DNA of 64,000 nt from Lactobacillus sp. GTDB taxonomy: Bacteria > Bacillota > Bacilli > Lactobacillales > Lactobacillaceae. Of the stretch, positions 62,089 to 64,000 are shown piece after piece (within the stretch, counting starts at the first letter, position 1; each line of letters starts with the position of its first letter). The position numbers were made by a program, and so were the translations under genes. Location: contig NZ_JBJEES010000161.1 in NCBI RefSeq assembly GCF_051873315.1, forward strand, positions 1,019-65,018, read 5' to 3'. The notes beneath the pieces were generated by a model, which worked only from the letters and a program-made list of their open reading frames with translations, was not told where the DNA came from and did not search any database.

Positions 62089-63225
62089 CTACTTGCCCAA
62101 ATACATCTGGTAAACCTGCTCAGCAGATTCCTGGTTGTCGTAGCCCAGCTTGGTCAGCTGGTTTGCAAATTGCCGTCGGTCCTGGCCGTTGGCCTGGCTG
62201 GCCACTTGCGCAATCAACTTGGCCCAGGCAGCAGGATCAGCCTGCAGGGATTCCCGGAAAATCAAGCCCTCGAAGTCCATTTCTGAACTGATGACGTCAG
62301 AAATCACGCATGGCAGACCAGTCGTCTGTGCTTCCAGCAAGGTTACTGGCAGTCCTTCATAAAGAGACGGCATGACAAAGGCATCCATGGCAAACAAGTA
62401 GTCTGGAATCTTGTCAGTAGACAAGACTATGGTCACCTTTTCCTCAAGACCCAAATCTTTGATCTTAGTCCGCAGGTCTGTTTCCTTTTCCCCGCTCCCG
62501 ATCAAAAGCAAGTGGGCTTGCGGATTGCTTTTAACCAGTTCATAAAAAATGTCTACCAGGAAAAGCTGATTCTTTTGGTCTGCCAGGCGGCCAATATTGC
62601 CTAACAAGAGCTGATCGGCTGCTAAGCCCAAGTCTTCTCTAGTCGCCTGCCGCTTTTCTTCAGAAAAAACATAACGGTCTCGGCTGATCCCGTTGTGGAT
62701 GATCCGAACTCTGCCTTGGTCTTTAGGATTAAAAAGCCAAGCAGCCGCCTCTTTTGAGCAGGCCGCCAGGTCCGTGGCATAGCGGGCAATCTGCTTGCGC
62801 TCGTAAGTTACGAAACCAGGTAGTTTTTGGATGCCGTGTAAATGCTGCATGGCATTGTGGGAGTGGACGATCACACGCTTAACGCCATTTTCCCGGGCTA
62901 CCTTGGCCATGTCATAGCGACTAGGCAGGTCAGTATCGATATGAACCACGTCATAGTGGTGCTTTTTCAAAAACTGGTCAACCACGGCCACCCGGTTGCG
63001 GTGGCTCTCAAAGGAGTTCTTGCCCGAGTAGCGCAGAGGGTAAACATGAACACCAAAAGCCTCCACGGCTGCTTCTTTTTCAGGGATGCTCTTGTCTGGA
63101 TCGAGCAGGACGTAATCATAGTCCACCCGGTCATGGAGGGTCTTGATCCATTCGTATTCAACCGAGGTCACACCATCATAGTAGAGCATCCCCCTAATCA
63201 AAAGTACCTTCAACTTGTCAGTCAC
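62089..63225 (-). CDS. Glycosyltransferase family 4 (GT-B, GT1 clan)
   Basis: C-terminal MPSLYEGLPVTLLEAQTTGLPCVISD (EX7E region). Confidence 0.88.
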   Translation of the reverse strand: MTDKLKVLLIRGMLYYDGVTSVEYEWIKTLHDRVDYDYVLLDPDKSIPEKEAAVEAFGVHVYPLRYSGKNSFESHRNRVAVVDQFLKKHHYDVVHIDTDLPSRYDMAKVARENGVKRVIVHSHNAMQHLHGIQKLPGFVTYERKQIARYATDLAACSKEAAAWLFNPKDQGRVRIIHNGISRDRYVFSEEKRQATREDLGLAADQLLLGNIGRLADQKNQLFLVDIFYELVKSNPQAHLLLIGSGEKETDLRTKIKDLGLEEKVTIVLSTDKIPDYLFAMDAFVMPSLYEGLPVTLLEAQTTGLPCVISDVISSEMDFEGLIFRESLQADPAAWAKLIAQVASQANGQDRRQFANQLTKLGYDNQESAEQVYQMYLGK

Positions 63226-63252
63226 GCTATCACCTGTTCTTTTACTCGCGTC

Positions 63253-64000
63253 TTACTTATCTAAACTTTTGACCGCCTTCTCCAAAGCAGTCTTAGTAAA
63301 ATAGCCTGCTCTGAGCTTCTTAGCCACATCCCTGGCATTAGCCGCGAAAACTTCGTATTCTTCTTCCGTTACATTTTTTAAAACTTCCGGCAAGTCGCGC
63401 AGGGAATCAATAGTTAAGCCCAAATTCTTGCTCTTGATGAAACTAGCTTCGGCAGCCTGGCTCCAGATGATAACTGGCAGGGCTGAGGCCAGATACAAGG
63501 AGAGCTTGTGGGGATTGTTGTAACGGAGGTAGTTGCCAAAAGGGCCATCACAGGTCTCAATGCTGCTGCCGTCCCAAATCAAGCCAAAGCCGGAATTCAG
63601 CTGCTTCGGAATTTCATCGGCTGGAAAGGCTCCATGGTATTCAACGTTTTTGTAGGCATCCAAAGTGAAATTCAGCCCGTAAAGGTTAAACTTAGCGTCG
63701 ATCTTGCCGATATCGTTCAAATACTGGGTCTTACGGACATCCAAATTGCCGGCCACGGAAACAGCCCGTTCAAACTTGGCATGATTGATCTCGCCGTCTG
63801 GAATCAGATAATCAAAAATCCCCAGCGTAACCAGCTTCTCTGGTGCGATCCCCCGGTCAATGAAGAACTTCTTCATGGAATCATTATGGACGATCAAACA
63901 GTCAGCGTATTTCATCATCTGCTCAAAGTCTTCCGCGAAAAATTTCTTGTAGAAGAATTGTCTCAATTCTTCTACATCATGGACTAGATAAATGAATTTA
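63253..64000 (-). CDS. Putative glycosyltransferase (galactofuranosyltransferase-like by recollection), N-terminus outside the window
   Basis: The frame is open from 63253 to the window edge, with no stop upstream of the ORF-track TTG at 63966. It lies in the polysaccharide cluster. The family assignment is weak. Confidence 0.5.
   Translation of the reverse strand, partial: KFIYLVHDVEELRQFFYKKFFAEDFEQMMKYADCLIVHNDSMKKFFIDRGIAPEKLVTLGIFDYLIPDGEINHAKFERAVSVAGNLDVRKTQYLNDIGKIDAKFNLYGLNFTLDAYKNVEYHGAFPADEIPKQLNSGFGLIWDGSSIETCDGPFGNYLRYNNPHKLSLYLASALPVIIWSQAAEASFIKSKNLGLTIDSLRDLPEVLKNVTEEEYEVFAANARDVAKKLRAGYFTKTALEKAVKSLDK

Noticed and set aside
1-64000. Search by eye for tRNA, rRNA, CRISPR arrays, IS transposases, integrases and prophage structural genes.
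   Set aside because: - None was found.
- No ORF shows DDE or tyrosine/serine recombinase motifs.
- No intergenic region shows tRNA T-arm (GGTTCGAATCC-like) or regularly spaced repeat patterns.
- A covariance-model scan (tRNAscan-SE, Infernal) would be needed to exclude small RNAs.

Overview
This is a 64-kb chromosomal window from a Lactobacillus-type Firmicute. Lactobacillus delbrueckii fits best: from memory, the 16941-17828 product closely matches PepIP, and it sits with a C69 dipeptidase, a second S33 prolyl peptidase and a nucleoside deoxyribosyltransferase. I saw no rRNA, tRNA, CRISPR array, transposase or integrase.

Roughly 1-39.5 kb is core metabolism and housekeeping:
- serS with a T-box leader, efp, coaA, corA, helD, peptidases and an aldehyde dehydrogenase.
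- A T-box-controlled polar amino-acid ABC transporter.
- A TetR-regulated 1423-aa MMPL/YhgE-Pip protein built from heptad repeats.

From about 39.6 kb to the 3-prime edge the window is a cell-envelope and accessory region:
- Lys-rich-tailed surface proteins and an exported glycerophosphodiesterase.
- A GtrA/VanZ/acyltransferase/GT-C-like decoration module.
- A Wzx/Wzy-type polysaccharide cluster carrying CDP-glycerol and CDP-ribitol-type genes. It runs off the window.

The best candidate for an undescribed system is a self-contained two-gene operon at 44233-46471. A VanZ-like membrane protein is translationally coupled to an OLD-type (ABC-ATPase + TOPRIM) protein. Its TOPRIM residues look intact but its ATPase motifs are eroded. 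I propose it as a candidate phage-defence module, and this is untested.

Other direct observations:
- A 45-bp terminator element occurs twice in inverted orientation, bracketing efp-coaA-SGNH.
- A 79-nt tract has no G.
- A single in-frame TGA splits a small ORF from a membrane-protein ORF.
- Two probable pseudo-enzymes.
- An acidic protein with four internal repeats.

All homology calls come from reading motifs by eye. No database search was run.
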